From NCBI GenBank assembly GCA_946414885.1, contig CAMKQH010000015.1, positions 32,881 through 96,880 on the forward strand: DNA of 64,000 nt, given 5' to 3'. Every line of letters starts with the position of its first letter. The stretch's first letter is position 1. Below, piece by piece: positions 18,603-28,871 of the stretch. The notes under the pieces were generated by a model. That model made no database searches. It was not told the origin of the DNA and worked only from the letters and a program-made list of their open reading frames with translations. The position numbers and the translations under genes are program-made. The stretch is from an uncultured Lachnospiraceae bacterium. Lineage in GTDB: Bacteria > Bacillota > Clostridia > Lachnospirales > Lachnospiraceae.

Positions 18603-19586
18603 CTAGCAGCTTACGTCCAGTATCTGCGCCGTCCCGTGTAGCTTCAACTCCATGCTATCCGCGGGCACGAAAACACAATCCCCCTTAAAGAAGTTCTGCA
18701 TATACCCATCTCCAAACAGTACGCCACACCCGTCAACGCAGAGAAGCGCGTGAAACGAATTACTCCCCGTTTTAAAATCCACCAATCTGCGGCCTTCCGT
18801 ATTCAAAATCATCCTCTCCACTTGGAAATACTTACATCTGGATAACAATTCCGACGCGCAACCGTTGACATACTTTAGCACTCTCATAGGTTGCCGGGGC
18901 GAGGTGGAGGATTTCAGGTTGGATATGTCCAGTGCCTTGTCAATGTGGAGCGGCCTCAACTTTCCGTCTTTTCCGAGCCGGTCATAATCATACAATCGGT
19001 ATGTCACATTGGATGATTGCTGGATCTCGGCGATCAGGCACCCCGCTCCGATTGCGTGCACCGTTCCCGCTTCAATGAAAAACAAATCATTTTTCCGAAC
19101 CGGTACATGATTCAAACACTCATTCAACCTCTTTTCATCTAACGCTTTCCTGACCTGCTCCTTTTCCATGTCGCGGTTAAATCCGTATACCAACTGCGCT
19201 CCGGGCTTTGCGGACAAAACGTACCACATCTCCGTCTTACCCCACTGGCCTTCTACCCGCATGGCATACTCATCATCCGGATGAACCTGTACAGAAAGAT
19301 CAGATTTGGCATCAATTAGCTTAATCAGAATCGGCAACTCTGCCTTCCCTCCCGTCACCTGCAACACATGACTTCCAAGCAACGAAGGATCATCCCTTAA
19401 CACTTCCGTCAAGGTCTTTTCACTTTCCGTAACCGTTGATGGTCCGTCTGTATGTGTAGAACATACCCATGCCTCCGCAAGGGGATAAATGGGTATGTCT
19501 AAATTGAAATCGTCATTTAATCTTGTTCCGCCCCAAAGATAGTCCTTCGCGGCAGGCTTCAATAACATCGGTTTCTTTCCAGTCAC
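18603..19586 (-). CDS. manA: type I mannose-6-phosphate isomerase
   Basis: YLWGG, AEAW, LIKLIDAKSDLSVQVHP, GKTEMWY, HAIGAG, EIQQSS. Confidence 0.92.
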   Translation of the reverse strand: MTGKKPMLLKPAAKDYLWGGTRLNDDFNLDIPIYPLAEAWVCSTHTDGPSTVTESEKTLTEVLRDDPSLLGSHVLQVTGGKAELPILIKLIDAKSDLSVQVHPDDEYAMRVEGQWGKTEMWYVLSAKPGAQLVYGFNRDMEKEQVRKALDEKRLNECLNHVPVRKNDLFFIEAGTVHAIGAGCLIAEIQQSSNVTYRLYDYDRLGKDGKLRPLHIDKALDISNLKSSTSPRQPMRVLKYVNGCASELLSRCKYFQVERMILNTEGRRLVDFKTGSNSFHALLCVDGCGVLFGDGYMQNFFKGDCVFVPADSMELKLHGTAQILDVSC

Positions 19587-19591
19587 CTTTC

Positions 19592-20935
19592 CTACTCCAT
19601 TTCATATTTCTTTTTGTCAGAAACGCTGATATCCGTGCCTAGCTGAACCTCAATCAATTGAAGCTCCGTATCTGCTATCACGGTATGCTTACATCCTGCC
19701 GCCATGGTGATGACATCGCCGACCTTTACCGTCTGTTCCATGCCATCCACTATGGTTCTTCCAGTTCCGTGAATTACATTCCAGATCTCGTCGCGCTTCT
19801 CATGACTGTGATAATTCATCTTATGACCTGCATTCAAAGTCACTTTAACCGTCATGCTGTCTGCCGTAACGTCAAGCACACGATAGGATCCCCAGCTTTT
19901 TTCAGCAAACATGATCTGCTGGTCGATCGCATCCACAAAGGGCTTGATGTAACTGCTCTGCTCCTTGTCGGATACAAGAATACCCTCTGGCGAAGCAGAC
20001 ACTACCAAATCCTTACATCCCATCACAAGAATTGGCACGCCCAGCTCGTTTACCACGTGTACGTTTTCACACTTGTCATTAAACCTTGCATCACCAACGC
20101 TATTTTCTTCCATCGCTTCCGTCAGCGTATTCCATGTCCCGAGATCCTTCCACTGACCCGCAAAACGCATCACCGCAATGTCCTTCTCATGCTCTACGAC
20201 CGCATAATCAAAGCTTATTTTCGTAAGAGTGTCATATTTATCAAATAGATCTTGATAATCACTAAAATCGATTAATTCATGCGCCCTGTCCAAAACATAG
20301 GAAAGTTTGTACGCAAACACGCCGCCGTTCCATAGCCCGCCCTTATCAATGTACTTTTGGGCGGTCACGACATCGGGCTTCTCCTTAAAGGTCTCTACCT
20401 TTGCCACTTGATTCGTACTCGTCGGAATGATATAGCCATACTTCTCCGAGGGATAAGTTGGGTCAATACCCATAAGCGTGAGGTTTGCTGTTCCATCCTG
20501 TGCCAACTCCCAGAGCTTCTTGATCGCCTCGAAATAATCATCATTCACATATGGATCAACTGGACACACTACTACTGCTTCATCCTCACCGACACCCATC
20601 ACGTCATGCAGATAAGCAGTTGCAAGCGCAATCGCTGGAAATGTATCCCTTCTGCAGGGCTCAACAGAAATACCGACGTCCGTGCCAAGTTGGTTGTGAA
20701 TTGCTGACACTTGGGACTTTGATGTTGCAATTATTACGGTTGCATCCCTGTCAATGGTTTTGATTTGGCGATAAACACGCTGCACCATAGATTCATAATC
20801 CCCAGATGCATCCATCCCCATGGGAATCTCATTTCCCTGTTTCTTAAAAATCTTGATAAACTGCTTACTTCTAATGTCATTGGAAAGGGGCCACAAACGC
20901 TTGCCAGAGCCCCCTGATAACAGAACAATGTTCAT
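19592..20935 (-). CDS. manC: mannose-1-phosphate guanylyltransferase with C-terminal cupin (PMI type II-like)
   Basis: LSGGSGKRLWPLS, EPCRRDTFPAI, FKEKPD, WNGG, WKDLGTW, EKSWGSY..YHSHEKRDEIW. Confidence 0.92.
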   Translation of the reverse strand: MNIVLLSGGSGKRLWPLSNDIRSKQFIKIFKKQGNEIPMGMDASGDYESMVQRVYRQIKTIDRDATVIIATSKSQVSAIHNQLGTDVGISVEPCRRDTFPAIALATAYLHDVMGVGEDEAVVVCPVDPYVNDDYFEAIKKLWELAQDGTANLTLMGIDPTYPSEKYGYIIPTSTNQVAKVETFKEKPDVVTAQKYIDKGGLWNGGVFAYKLSYVLDRAHELIDFSDYQDLFDKYDTLTKISFDYAVVEHEKDIAVMRFAGQWKDLGTWNTLTEAMEENSVGDARFNDKCENVHVVNELGVPILVMGCKDLVVSASPEGILVSDKEQSSYIKPFVDAIDQQIMFAEKSWGSYRVLDVTADSMTVKVTLNAGHKMNYHSHEKRDEIWNVIHGTGRTIVDGMEQTVKVGDVITMAAGCKHTVIADTELQLIEVQLGTDISVSDKKKYEME

Positions 20936-20998
20936 TACATCTTTCCTCTTTCTGGTTTTTGAAATTTTTTCAAACTATTTCTCGACACGAAATAGCTA

Positions 20999-21136
20999 TT
21001 ACCTTCCTTCTGCCACGACCTTCAGGTGCTCTCCATATGGGCTTGTGTCATAGATGGACAACAACTGCCTCGAAGTGACTTTTGTTAATGAATACAATCT
21101 TGTGCCAGATCCTCTGGCAAGTATAATACTATTCAT
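20999..21136 (-). pseudogene. rfbA: collapsed mini-rfbA (N-terminus fused in frame to C-terminus, 45 aa)
   Basis: MNSIILARGSGTRLYSLTKVTSRQLLSIYD|[15 protein letters not shown]; both halves match the RfbA termini; not in the ORF track. Confidence 0.8.
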
Positions 21137-21230
21137 CTTTACCCCTTTCGGTAAAACATACATATAATATCGTTTTAAAACTTGAACAAAGCTAAAATTT
21201 GTGATATATTATATGAGTATGCATAATCTC

Positions 21231-21266
21231 CAAAGGGTCGATTGACTTTATGTCATCGGCCCTTTG
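21231..21266 (-). terminator. terminator after rfbC
   Basis: CAAAGGGTCGA-T-TGAC..GTCA-TCGGCCCTTTG hairpin. Confidence 0.65.
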
Positions 21267-21282
21267 TCGTACATGATAAACC

Positions 21283-21888
21283 TCAAAATTTAAAGGTATC
21301 TTTTATCCCCAACCACTTCTGATCCTTATCAGATAGATTCAGCTTAACACCATCCACGAAATACCCTTCCGCTGAAGCTGAACCTTTATATTCCCCCGAC
21401 AACTTGGGCCATTGAATTCCAATCTCAGGATCATTCCAAGCCATACCACCCTCGTCATTTGGATGATAAAAATCATCACATTTGTAACAAAATTCAGCAG
21501 TATCTGAAAGCACCAAAAATCCATGTGCAAATCCTCTGGGGATCAAGAACAGATGCTTATTCTCCTCCGTCAGAAGTTCGCCATGCCACTGCCCATATGT
21601 TGGAGAATCTGATCGCAGATCCACGGCCACGTCAAATACTTCTCCCTTAATCACGCGAACCAACTTCGTCTGAGGGTACTGTTTCTGAAAATGTAATCCC
21701 CGGAGCACTCCCTTGGTTGACATGGATTGGTTGTCCTGCACAAATTCCACATTAATTCCCGCTTCTTTCATGTCTCTTTTACTATAAGTCTCCATAAAAT
21801 ATCCGCGACCATCACCATGTACTGCCGGGACGATCAGACACAGTCCCTTAATTCCATCCAAATCCTTTTGTACTTTAATCTGTCCCAT
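21283..21888 (-). CDS. rfbC: dTDP-4-dehydrorhamnose 3,5-epimerase (copy 1)
   Basis: DGRGYFMETY, QDNQSMS, RGLHFQ, PRGFAHGFL, YKCDDFY; start MGQIKV at 21888. Confidence 0.92.
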   Translation of the reverse strand: MGQIKVQKDLDGIKGLCLIVPAVHGDGRGYFMETYSKRDMKEAGINVEFVQDNQSMSTKGVLRGLHFQKQYPQTKLVRVIKGEVFDVAVDLRSDSPTYGQWHGELLTEENKHLFLIPRGFAHGFLVLSDTAEFCYKCDDFYHPNDEGGMAWNDPEIGIQWPKLSGEYKGSASAEGYFVDGVKLNLSDKDQKWLGIKDTFKF

Positions 21889-22190
21889 TAAAGACCAACC
21901 TCCCATAATATCTTCTATTATTTTAACTCATTTTCCGATATCTGTATACTATATCCTTTCCGTCTTTTACGATGGTCAGTCTTCTCAAAATCCTTGAAAC
22001 ATTCAGTTCCACATAAGCGACAAACCCACATTGCTCGGACACTCTTCTTGAAGCTTCTCAAGCAGTTGAATCCTTACCATGTCAATCAGGCTTGCTACCA
22101 AGAAAACACCGATGGCATACTGTTGAGTGTTGCCACGGCACCTTTTAGGATAAGAAATCATGGGCAACGTGCATTTCCTTGTTATAAAAC

Positions 22191-23588
22191 CTATTTCTTC
22201 TCTTTTCTTCTAGCCAGGCAATAGAAAACAATCCCGATAATGATCCAAGCCACCAGACAAATATAGGATTCTTTTCCTAAGGAGCAATGGAAGATGGGGA
22301 TCGGAACGAGCAGCAATATAACAAAAATCAACGCCATTATGCTACCTATCACTCCAGTAATCATAATACCCATATTCTTCTCTTTTCGCGCAAATACGAA
22401 GGCGGCCATCGAAGTATAACCATACCCTATGGCTGCTCCAATGGAGGACATGTCGACAATCCATCCAAGTGCGGTTCGGCCAAAAAACGGAGCAATTAAC
22501 GCAATAATCAAGACGAACAAAATTGCATGGGCCGGAGTTTTATACTTCTCATGCAATTCACCAAACCATTGCGGTAATACACGCTCTTTCGCCATGGAAT
22601 AGAGAAGGCGGCTAGTCGCCATATAGAATCCTATGATTCCTGACAGAATTGCGCCAAGGACTGCCAAGCCAAGGAAAACCAGTCCCGCCGTGCCAAGCAA
22701 TTGATATCCGGCATGAAACGTCGGAAGAGACAATAATCCATTCAGATTCGGAAGATCATTGATATACTCGCTCCAATTCTCATATCCTTCTGGCACAACC
22801 ATAGCGGTTACCGTATTCAAGATCACATAAACAGCTGCACCAAACAGGATAGATAAGACCATGATAAACTTGGTTTTCTTTGCAGAAAACTGAAACTCTT
22901 CTGCTGCCTGCGGAATTGTATCGAATCCGACGAAAGCCCATGGTGCAACAGCGATGACCGCAAGTACGCCGGCCATAGAAGAATTACCTGGATAAAAGCC
23001 CGGTGTTAGGTTCGACAGTTTTACGTTAGGGTTGACAAGTGCTGCCACCGTGATGATCAGTACGCCTCCAACCAAGGCAAAAACTAATCCAGTTTGAAAG
23101 ATACCCGTAAACTTAACACCTCGGATACTTAGATATGCAAACAGTAAAAGTGCTACAATCGCAAGAATGATCTCCCCCAGATAGATATCATAACCGGCAA
23201 CGCTGTAATGGAATCCGACCTGGAATACGTTATTTAGCAGATTCCGTCCAATCAAAGCCAATGCAGTTGCATTCAATGGAACGATTGCCAGATATGACAA
23301 TCCAAGGAACCAAGAACAGACGCATGCATGCTTCTGGCCAAACGCTTTCTGTGTGTACGTGAATTCGCCACCGGCTACTGGATACTTATTAATCATGAAA
23401 TTATAGTTGAATGCTATAATAATCATGATTCCAGCTGCGATCGCCATGGCAATGGCTGTTCCCAAAGGCCCTGCCTTACCCAGGAATGTATTTCCCGGCA
23501 TGACGAACGCGCCCCAACCGATGATACATCCAAGCGCCAGTGACCACACATTTAATGGTGACAGTTTCTTTTCAAGCTTGGTTTCCAT
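22191..23588 (-). CDS. APC-family amino acid permease
   Basis: IIGWGAFV, AGGEFTY, AFVGFDTIPQAAEE, SRLLYSMAK; ~12 TM segments. Confidence 0.9.
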   Translation of the reverse strand: METKLEKKLSPLNVWSLALGCIIGWGAFVMPGNTFLGKAGPLGTAIAMAIAAGIMIIIAFNYNFMINKYPVAGGEFTYTQKAFGQKHACVCSWFLGLSYLAIVPLNATALALIGRNLLNNVFQVGFHYSVAGYDIYLGEIILAIVALLLFAYLSIRGVKFTGIFQTGLVFALVGGVLIITVAALVNPNVKLSNLTPGFYPGNSSMAGVLAVIAVAPWAFVGFDTIPQAAEEFQFSAKKTKFIMVLSILFGAAVYVILNTVTAMVVPEGYENWSEYINDLPNLNGLLSLPTFHAGYQLLGTAGLVFLGLAVLGAILSGIIGFYMATSRLLYSMAKERVLPQWFGELHEKYKTPAHAILFVLIIALIAPFFGRTALGWIVDMSSIGAAIGYGYTSMAAFVFARKEKNMGIMITGVIGSIMALIFVILLLVPIPIFHCSLGKESYICLVAWIIIGIVFYCLARRKEKK

Positions 23589-24559
23589 TAATCATTCCCC
23601 TTCCATAATCTCAACAAGTCATTTTTGATACCTTTGTTTCCGGGATATTGAAGAATATCAAACATCCCCTCAAAGTTTCCTTCAATGAGAACTGCATCAT
23701 TTTCGCGTACAGCCACGTCCCAACCAGTATAGCCGACACCAGGAACAACTCTTGCCGCTTCTTCAACAAGTGCCAAAACTTTATCCCAATTTGGGATCTT
23801 AAAGCCATGAAAAACAGTGCCAGTTGAAGGATGTTTATAATGCTTGTTATGCTCTCTGTCTACTGCATCAGAGACTACGATTCCCTCGTCTTTCTGGACT
23901 TGAACGGCCATCCCGCCGGAAATCACGTTATCAACGCCTCCGTCTCCATTCCCGCAACGCATTCCAACAGCGAGAATATGAACCTTACCATTCCTGAAAA
24001 TTGTCGCTACCCGACAAGTATTCACAGAACCGGGATTAACACTAGCCATCAGATTATGCTGTTGAATTGGTTCTTCAATCAGTGCATCTGCGGCTTTCAG
24101 TCTTTCAAACATAGCGTTCAAATCTTCATCTTTAACAAATTCTTTATGCACCCCTCGACCCCAAGACAAATTCTTCGGTTTGGCAATAAACATCTGATTT
24201 CTAGCGCAGAATCCTTTAAATTCATCGAAAGAACAAGTTGCAGTATCCAGCCATTCTCGGCCAATATAATCCTTAAAGACTTGGAGAAACTCTACCTTGT
24301 TATCAAATATATGCCTTTTACTATAGTCCTGCACGTCTTTGAAAAACTTTCTTTTAAGAGTATGACAAACAAATCTTCTTTTTGCATGACCCTTTTTATC
24401 ATAAAATTCATACTTGAAATACTCCACTGCCGAAGAACCATAGATAACAGCATTGACGGCATAATCACAAAAAGTGGGAATTCTTTTATAATCTTCATGT
24501 TTTTTCAATATGGCGAAATGTTCGTTGAAATCGTTCAATTGATGTTTAATTGGATTCAT
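23588..24559 (-). CDS. sugar-transfer-associated ATP-grasp protein (ATPgrasp_ST/TupA-like)
   Basis: IAKPKNLSWGRGV, IEEPIQQH, NPGSVNTCRV, DNVISGG, GWDVAV, LIEGN. Confidence 0.85.
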   Translation of the reverse strand: MNPIKHQLNDFNEHFAILKKHEDYKRIPTFCDYAVNAVIYGSSAVEYFKYEFYDKKGHAKRRFVCHTLKRKFFKDVQDYSKRHIFDNKVEFLQVFKDYIGREWLDTATCSFDEFKGFCARNQMFIAKPKNLSWGRGVHKEFVKDEDLNAMFERLKAADALIEEPIQQHNLMASVNPGSVNTCRVATIFRNGKVHILAVGMRCGNGDGGVDNVISGGMAVQVQKDEGIVVSDAVDREHNKHYKHPSTGTVFHGFKIPNWDKVLALVEEAARVVPGVGYTGWDVAVRENDAVLIEGNFEGMFDILQYPGNKGIKNDLLRLWKGND

Positions 24560-24667
24560 CTTATTTGCCCCCTAATGAATTTAAACCTTTCTCCCATATT
24601 CTATCATGTCATTTATCTATAAACAAGAGAAACAAAAGGACAGCTTATCTCTGGTTGTCAAAAAACA

Positions 24668-24689
24668 AGGCTCGGCATTAGCCGAGCCT
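24668..24689. terminator. hairpin terminator after the GNAT gene
   Basis: AGGCTCGGC-ATTA-GCCGAGCCT. Confidence 0.6.
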
Positions 24690-25202
24690 GTCATCTTTCT
24701 TATACCTATAAACTATGTCTTCACCATTCGCCACGATCGTCAGTCTTCTGAGCATCCTCGAAACATTCAATTCCGCGTACGCGTCAAAACCGCATTGCTC
24801 TGTGACTTTCCTTGAAGCCAAGTTAGACTTTTCAATCCAGTCATATGCGCACTCGAAATCTACCATTCTGAGAACCAGTCCAATCAGTTCTTTGCCATAT
24901 CCTTTACCTCGTTCAGATTCCTTTGTATAATATGGTCCGAGCACGATGTCGTTTTTTGTAGAGCACTTTAGCCGTCGGCCTCCAGGAGTGACAACACAGT
25001 ATCCAACTAGTTGCCTTTGCTTTTCCAAATAGTAAACAACATATTTCCCCGGCCGCAAAAGTTCCATCAAGAGACGCACTCTTCTAACCAGCCTCATTGG
25101 CTCAAAGTCCATAAAAAGAGGCTTCATAAAAGTCGGCTCATATTTCAAAAGCCTAGTACCATTTCCTTCCCATACCGTTATCACTGGTGTTGTTCCTTCC
25201 AT
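24678..25202 (-). CDS. GNAT-family N-acetyltransferase
   Basis: LGPYYTKESERGKGYGKELI (motif A), SNLASRKVTEQCGF (motif B). Confidence 0.8.
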   Translation of the reverse strand: MEGTTPVITVWEGNGTRLLKYEPTFMKPLFMDFEPMRLVRRVRLLMELLRPGKYVVYYLEKQRQLVGYCVVTPGGRRLKCSTKNDIVLGPYYTKESERGKGYGKELIGLVLRMVDFECAYDWIEKSNLASRKVTEQCGFDAYAELNVSRMLRRLTIVANGEDIVYRYKKDDRLG

Positions 25203-26344
25203 TCTCCAAATCTATGCAAACCGCCAAACAAAAAAGCAAACCAAGGGAGGGGATCATCCCATGAAAAGGTTTGATCAACCGTGTGCTTGCAGCTAAACCA
25301 CGATGGTTTACTCTTAAATCTATCCGGCGATTTTAATAACCATAAAAAGTCTATCTGCGACATTCTTACTCTTATGTCAGTTTTATATTTGAACATCGGA
25401 GTGACAGGCAGATGAAATGCATCCTCAAGCACCTGCAGTGCCTGGTTTACCCCTGCAACAAAGCCTATTTTTGAACAAGCAAGCACTCTTGGGTTAATCT
25501 CAATCACCTTTGCCTTTCCATCTCTCGGGTCAATCATGTAATCAATTCCGTTACAACCCTTGATCCCCATTAATTCAGCAAGTTTCTTGCTTGTTGCGTG
25601 AACATCACTTCGATCTATCGTACCATTCAAAGTTCCCGTGCCGCCTTTCAAGGGATAATATCTGTAGCTTGCATAGGTGAATGCACTTTTCATCACACCG
25701 TTTCGATCAATGAAAACATTATCTGAAGCGTTCAAGCAATTATCAGGCAGACACTCCTGGATAACCATTTCCTTAAGATCTATGCCTCGAGCCGTAACAT
25801 ACTCCCTAAACTCCTGCTCTGAATAGAACTTGTTAAAACCCCTCGCGCCAAATCCTATTCGCGGCTTTATCACTATAGGAAAGCGAATTCCTGATCCAAT
25901 AACGTCCTCCACGGAATTAAGATCAAATAATGTTACTGGACACGGCAAACCATTCTCCATGCACACTCTCATCACTTCCAATTTGTCTTGAGAACGCATA
26001 AATACGTCTTCATCATTAGTAAGTATAATCGCATACTTTGAGAGTTCCTTTTTGTGATGTGCCAAAATCTCTGCAGAAAAATCAACTAACGGGAGCACAA
26101 TGTCATACTTCCCACTTTTAACCAACTTTATGACATTTTTCTCAGTTTCCTTGTATTTGGTATTCTTACACGTTCCCAACACTCTGTGATCCGGAAATCT
26201 TGAAACAAAGCCACAATTCATTTTTGAGTGACAGTAAATCGTCACTTCCAATCCTAGCTTTTTGAAGGCTCTCATATATGGGAGGCATTGTCTCGCATAT
26301 CCTTCCAAAATCAAGATATGTTTTCCTTGAAACCTTGCATCCAT
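25181..26344 (-). CDS. ATP-grasp carboxylate-amine ligase (paralog of 45763-46914)
   Basis: start MDARFQ at 26344; FPIVIKPRIGFGARG, IQECL, VIEINPRV. Confidence 0.85.
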   Translation of the reverse strand: MDARFQGKHILILEGYARQCLPYMRAFKKLGLEVTIYCHSKMNCGFVSRFPDHRVLGTCKNTKYKETEKNVIKLVKSGKYDIVLPLVDFSAEILAHHKKELSKYAIILTNDEDVFMRSQDKLEVMRVCMENGLPCPVTLFDLNSVEDVIGSGIRFPIVIKPRIGFGARGFNKFYSEQEFREYVTARGIDLKEMVIQECLPDNCLNASDNVFIDRNGVMKSAFTYASYRYYPLKGGTGTLNGTIDRSDVHATSKKLAELMGIKGCNGIDYMIDPRDGKAKVIEINPRVLACSKIGFVAGVNQALQVLEDAFHLPVTPMFKYKTDIRVRMSQIDFLWLLKSPDRFKSKPSWFSCKHTVDQTFSWDDPLPWFAFLFGGLHRFGEWKEQHQ

Positions 26345-26387
26345 AACAATATCACACTCCAAACAATATTTTATACAACGAAAAGAC

Positions 26388-26409
26388 GGGGAGCAGGACT
26401 CTGCTCCCC
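26388..26409. terminator. hairpin between the SLC13 and ATP-grasp genes
   Basis: GGGGAGCAG-GACT-CTGCTCCCC. Confidence 0.55.
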
Positions 26410-26423
26410 CTTTCATTTCTTTA

Positions 26424-27689
26424 TTACATCGTCAATCCATAGAACAACGGAACCAGTACAAGTATTGTCACATAGCTTAGTACGTCCATAAAGAATCCAT
26501 ACTTAAAGTAGTCGTTAAACTTATATCCACACGACATGGAAATACCCAGCGTGCTGCTTGCCAAAGGACAGCTTACGCAGACGCCAGACGCAAGCGTGAT
26601 GCCGAGTGCGAACGTATAGGGATTCAATCCAAGCTCAGGCGCAATCGCAAGCACGATAGGCAGTACGATCAAGATTGCCGTAGAGTTCGACATAAACTCG
26701 CTGACTACCAATACCAACAATACAAGGATTGCGAAGAGAATAAACGGACTAAGATTTGTTCCCACAACATTGGCAAACGTATCTGCAATGATCTTTGTTC
26801 CGCCGGAGGCGTCAAGGGCTTTTGCAAGACCAAGGCATCCTGCCAATCGGCCTACAATGTTCCAGTTCACGGAAACAATCGCTTTCTTCTGATCGATGCA
26901 GCCAAAGATAATGCAAAGAACCGCCGCACTTGTACTTGTTACTGCAATGGGAAGCCATTCAGTAATGTAGAATACTACCGTAGCAACAAAGATCAATGCC
27001 ATAATGATCATCTTGGTCTTGCTGTAATTACTCTCATTGGGTTTCAGTTCATACTCTTCCTCCGGGCGATTTCCCCAAATCCGTTCGCCGCGCTTACGGC
27101 CAATAATAAGACAATAGAAAAGTCCCAGCAGAACAATGATTCCGCCAACGGGAGTAAAATCGAACGTCTTAAACATCCTGGCTCCGCTGTCTTCCAAAAG
27201 CCCTTGTGCCGTCATCTGCTGAGTAGATCCAACCAACGTGGAAGCACCACCAATAACGCAACCAAATGCGATCGGCATAATAAGATTCTTCGATTTAATC
27301 TCCTTGTTTGCCAATGCCAGTCCCATAATGATCGGAATAAAGATTGCAAGCACTGCCGAGTTCGTAAGGAATGCTGACATCGCCGCGGAAACAAGATAAG
27401 TACCAATAATGAGTTTTACTTCCGATCCCTTGGAGATTTTTACGATCCAGTTTCCGATCGCGGCAGCCAGACCGGATTCACTGATTGCAGCGCCGATAAC
27501 CATGACTCCAATTGTTAGGATTACGGTGCTGGATGAAAACTGACCGAAAGCCGTCTTAAAGTCACATACCTTAAAAATGACCATCAAAGCACATCCCAAG
27601 ATGGCTGTCGTTGCCATCGGCAGTTTATCCCAAATGAACAGGACAATACAGAAGGCAAAAATAATTAATGAAATGACGTCGATACCCAT
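26424..27689 (-). CDS. SLC13/DASS-family anion (di/tricarboxylate or sulfate) permease
   Basis: SAFLTNSAVLAIFIP, GGASTLVGSTQQ, SEFMSNSTA; multi-TM. Confidence 0.85.
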   Translation of the reverse strand: MGIDVISLIIFAFCIVLFIWDKLPMATTAILGCALMVIFKVCDFKTAFGQFSSSTVILTIGVMVIGAAISESGLAAAIGNWIVKISKGSEVKLIIGTYLVSAAMSAFLTNSAVLAIFIPIIMGLALANKEIKSKNLIMPIAFGCVIGGASTLVGSTQQMTAQGLLEDSGARMFKTFDFTPVGGIIVLLGLFYCLIIGRKRGERIWGNRPEEEYELKPNESNYSKTKMIIMALIFVATVVFYITEWLPIAVTSTSAAVLCIIFGCIDQKKAIVSVNWNIVGRLAGCLGLAKALDASGGTKIIADTFANVVGTNLSPFILFAILVLLVLVVSEFMSNSTAILIVLPIVLAIAPELGLNPYTFALGITLASGVCVSCPLASSTLGISMSCGYKFNDYFKYGFFMDVLSYVTILVLVPLFYGLTM

Positions 27690-27719
27690 GAGTTGCTTCC
27701 TCCCTTTTAAAATTCCTCA

Positions 27720-28655
27720 TTAATGAAAGTCCGAGCAAACTTTCTTCGCAGCTGCAATATAAGCTTTCTCTGCTTCCGAAAGGAATTGCTCTTTTCTATA
27801 AAAAATCCCTATCTTACGGTTGATAACCGCCGTAAGCCGGTTTTTCTCATCCAAAGTCAAATCATTTGGAATTGCGATCGGATAATAAACTATGTCAGGG
27901 CTGTCATCTATCAATTTCCAATAGGATGGAACAATCGCTGCTCCAAATCCGTGATTCACCAGCGCCATCGCAGATTCTTGATACTCGCTTGTATACAGCG
28001 GCGTCACCTTTCTTTTCATCAGAATGTCCAATGCATTCCTTAGCTGCTGTCCCTCGTGAAGCGACACAAACGGAATCTTTAGCTTACTGATGTCCACGGC
28101 CCCGTTCTCCACTTTCTTTTCCACCTTAGAGACATAGTTTTTCGGCACGGCAAACTCAACCTGTTCTTCAAAAAGCTCCTCCATGCCGAACCCTTCCGTG
28201 CTATGATCTAAAAAGGTGATGATCATGTCCAGTTTCCCGTCTGCCAGTTTTTCAGCCAGTTCATCCGTCCTACATTCATCCGTCAACACCCTGATGTCCG
28301 GATGCGAAGAAGCAAATGCTTTAAGAATGAGCGGCATTAACGCAGGCGCGCGCGAAGGCCCCATGCCAACTCTAATCTCCGTATTTCTGCGTGATCTTAT
28401 GTCGTCTAGTCTCTTTTCCAACTGCCGGTTCAACGTGAGGATCTGCTTTCCCGTTTCAACATAGCATTTGCCAGCTTCCGTCAAGCTAATCGGCAATCGT
28501 GAACGATCAAAAAGCTCTATCCCCATCTCTTTCTCGAGTTTTAGGATATATCGCGACAAAGCAGATTGCGCAATTCCCAAGGAATCTGCTGCTTCAGAAA
28601 TGCTATTAGATTCCGCTATTGTAAGAACATATTCAAACGATTTCAATTTATCCAA
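27720..28655 (-). CDS. LysR-family transcriptional regulator
   Basis: SISEAADSLGIAQSALSRYILKLEKEMGIELFDR..LTEAG. Confidence 0.92.
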   Translation of the reverse strand: MDKLKSFEYVLTIAESNSISEAADSLGIAQSALSRYILKLEKEMGIELFDRSRLPISLTEAGKCYVETGKQILTLNRQLEKRLDDIRSRRNTEIRVGMGPSRAPALMPLILKAFASSHPDIRVLTDECRTDELAEKLADGKLDMIITFLDHSTEGFGMEELFEEQVEFAVPKNYVSKVEKKVENGAVDISKLKIPFVSLHEGQQLRNALDILMKRKVTPLYTSEYQESAMALVNHGFGAAIVPSYWKLIDDSPDIVYYPIAIPNDLTLDEKNRLTAVINRKIGIFYRKEQFLSEAEKAYIAAAKKVCSDFH

Positions 28656-28871
28656 TTGTAATACCCCATAACCATATTGTTATATCTTCTTCAAAAATAT
28701 AGTGTTCAGAATTTACTAAACACTATGTTGAATATACCATAGTCAAATATTCTTTGTCAACATGAAAGCATATTTCAATTCGTTAACTAAATATATTACT
28801 CCTCGGAAAGCAACAAGCTAATAATATTCCACGACACTTAGTCTCATTATCAACAATTACCAAAAAAACAA

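Noticed and set aside
21990-22160. Minus-strand fragment YAIGVFLVASLIDMVRIQLLEK resembling an acyltransferase-3 C-terminus
   Set aside because: Too short and too weak to call without a search.
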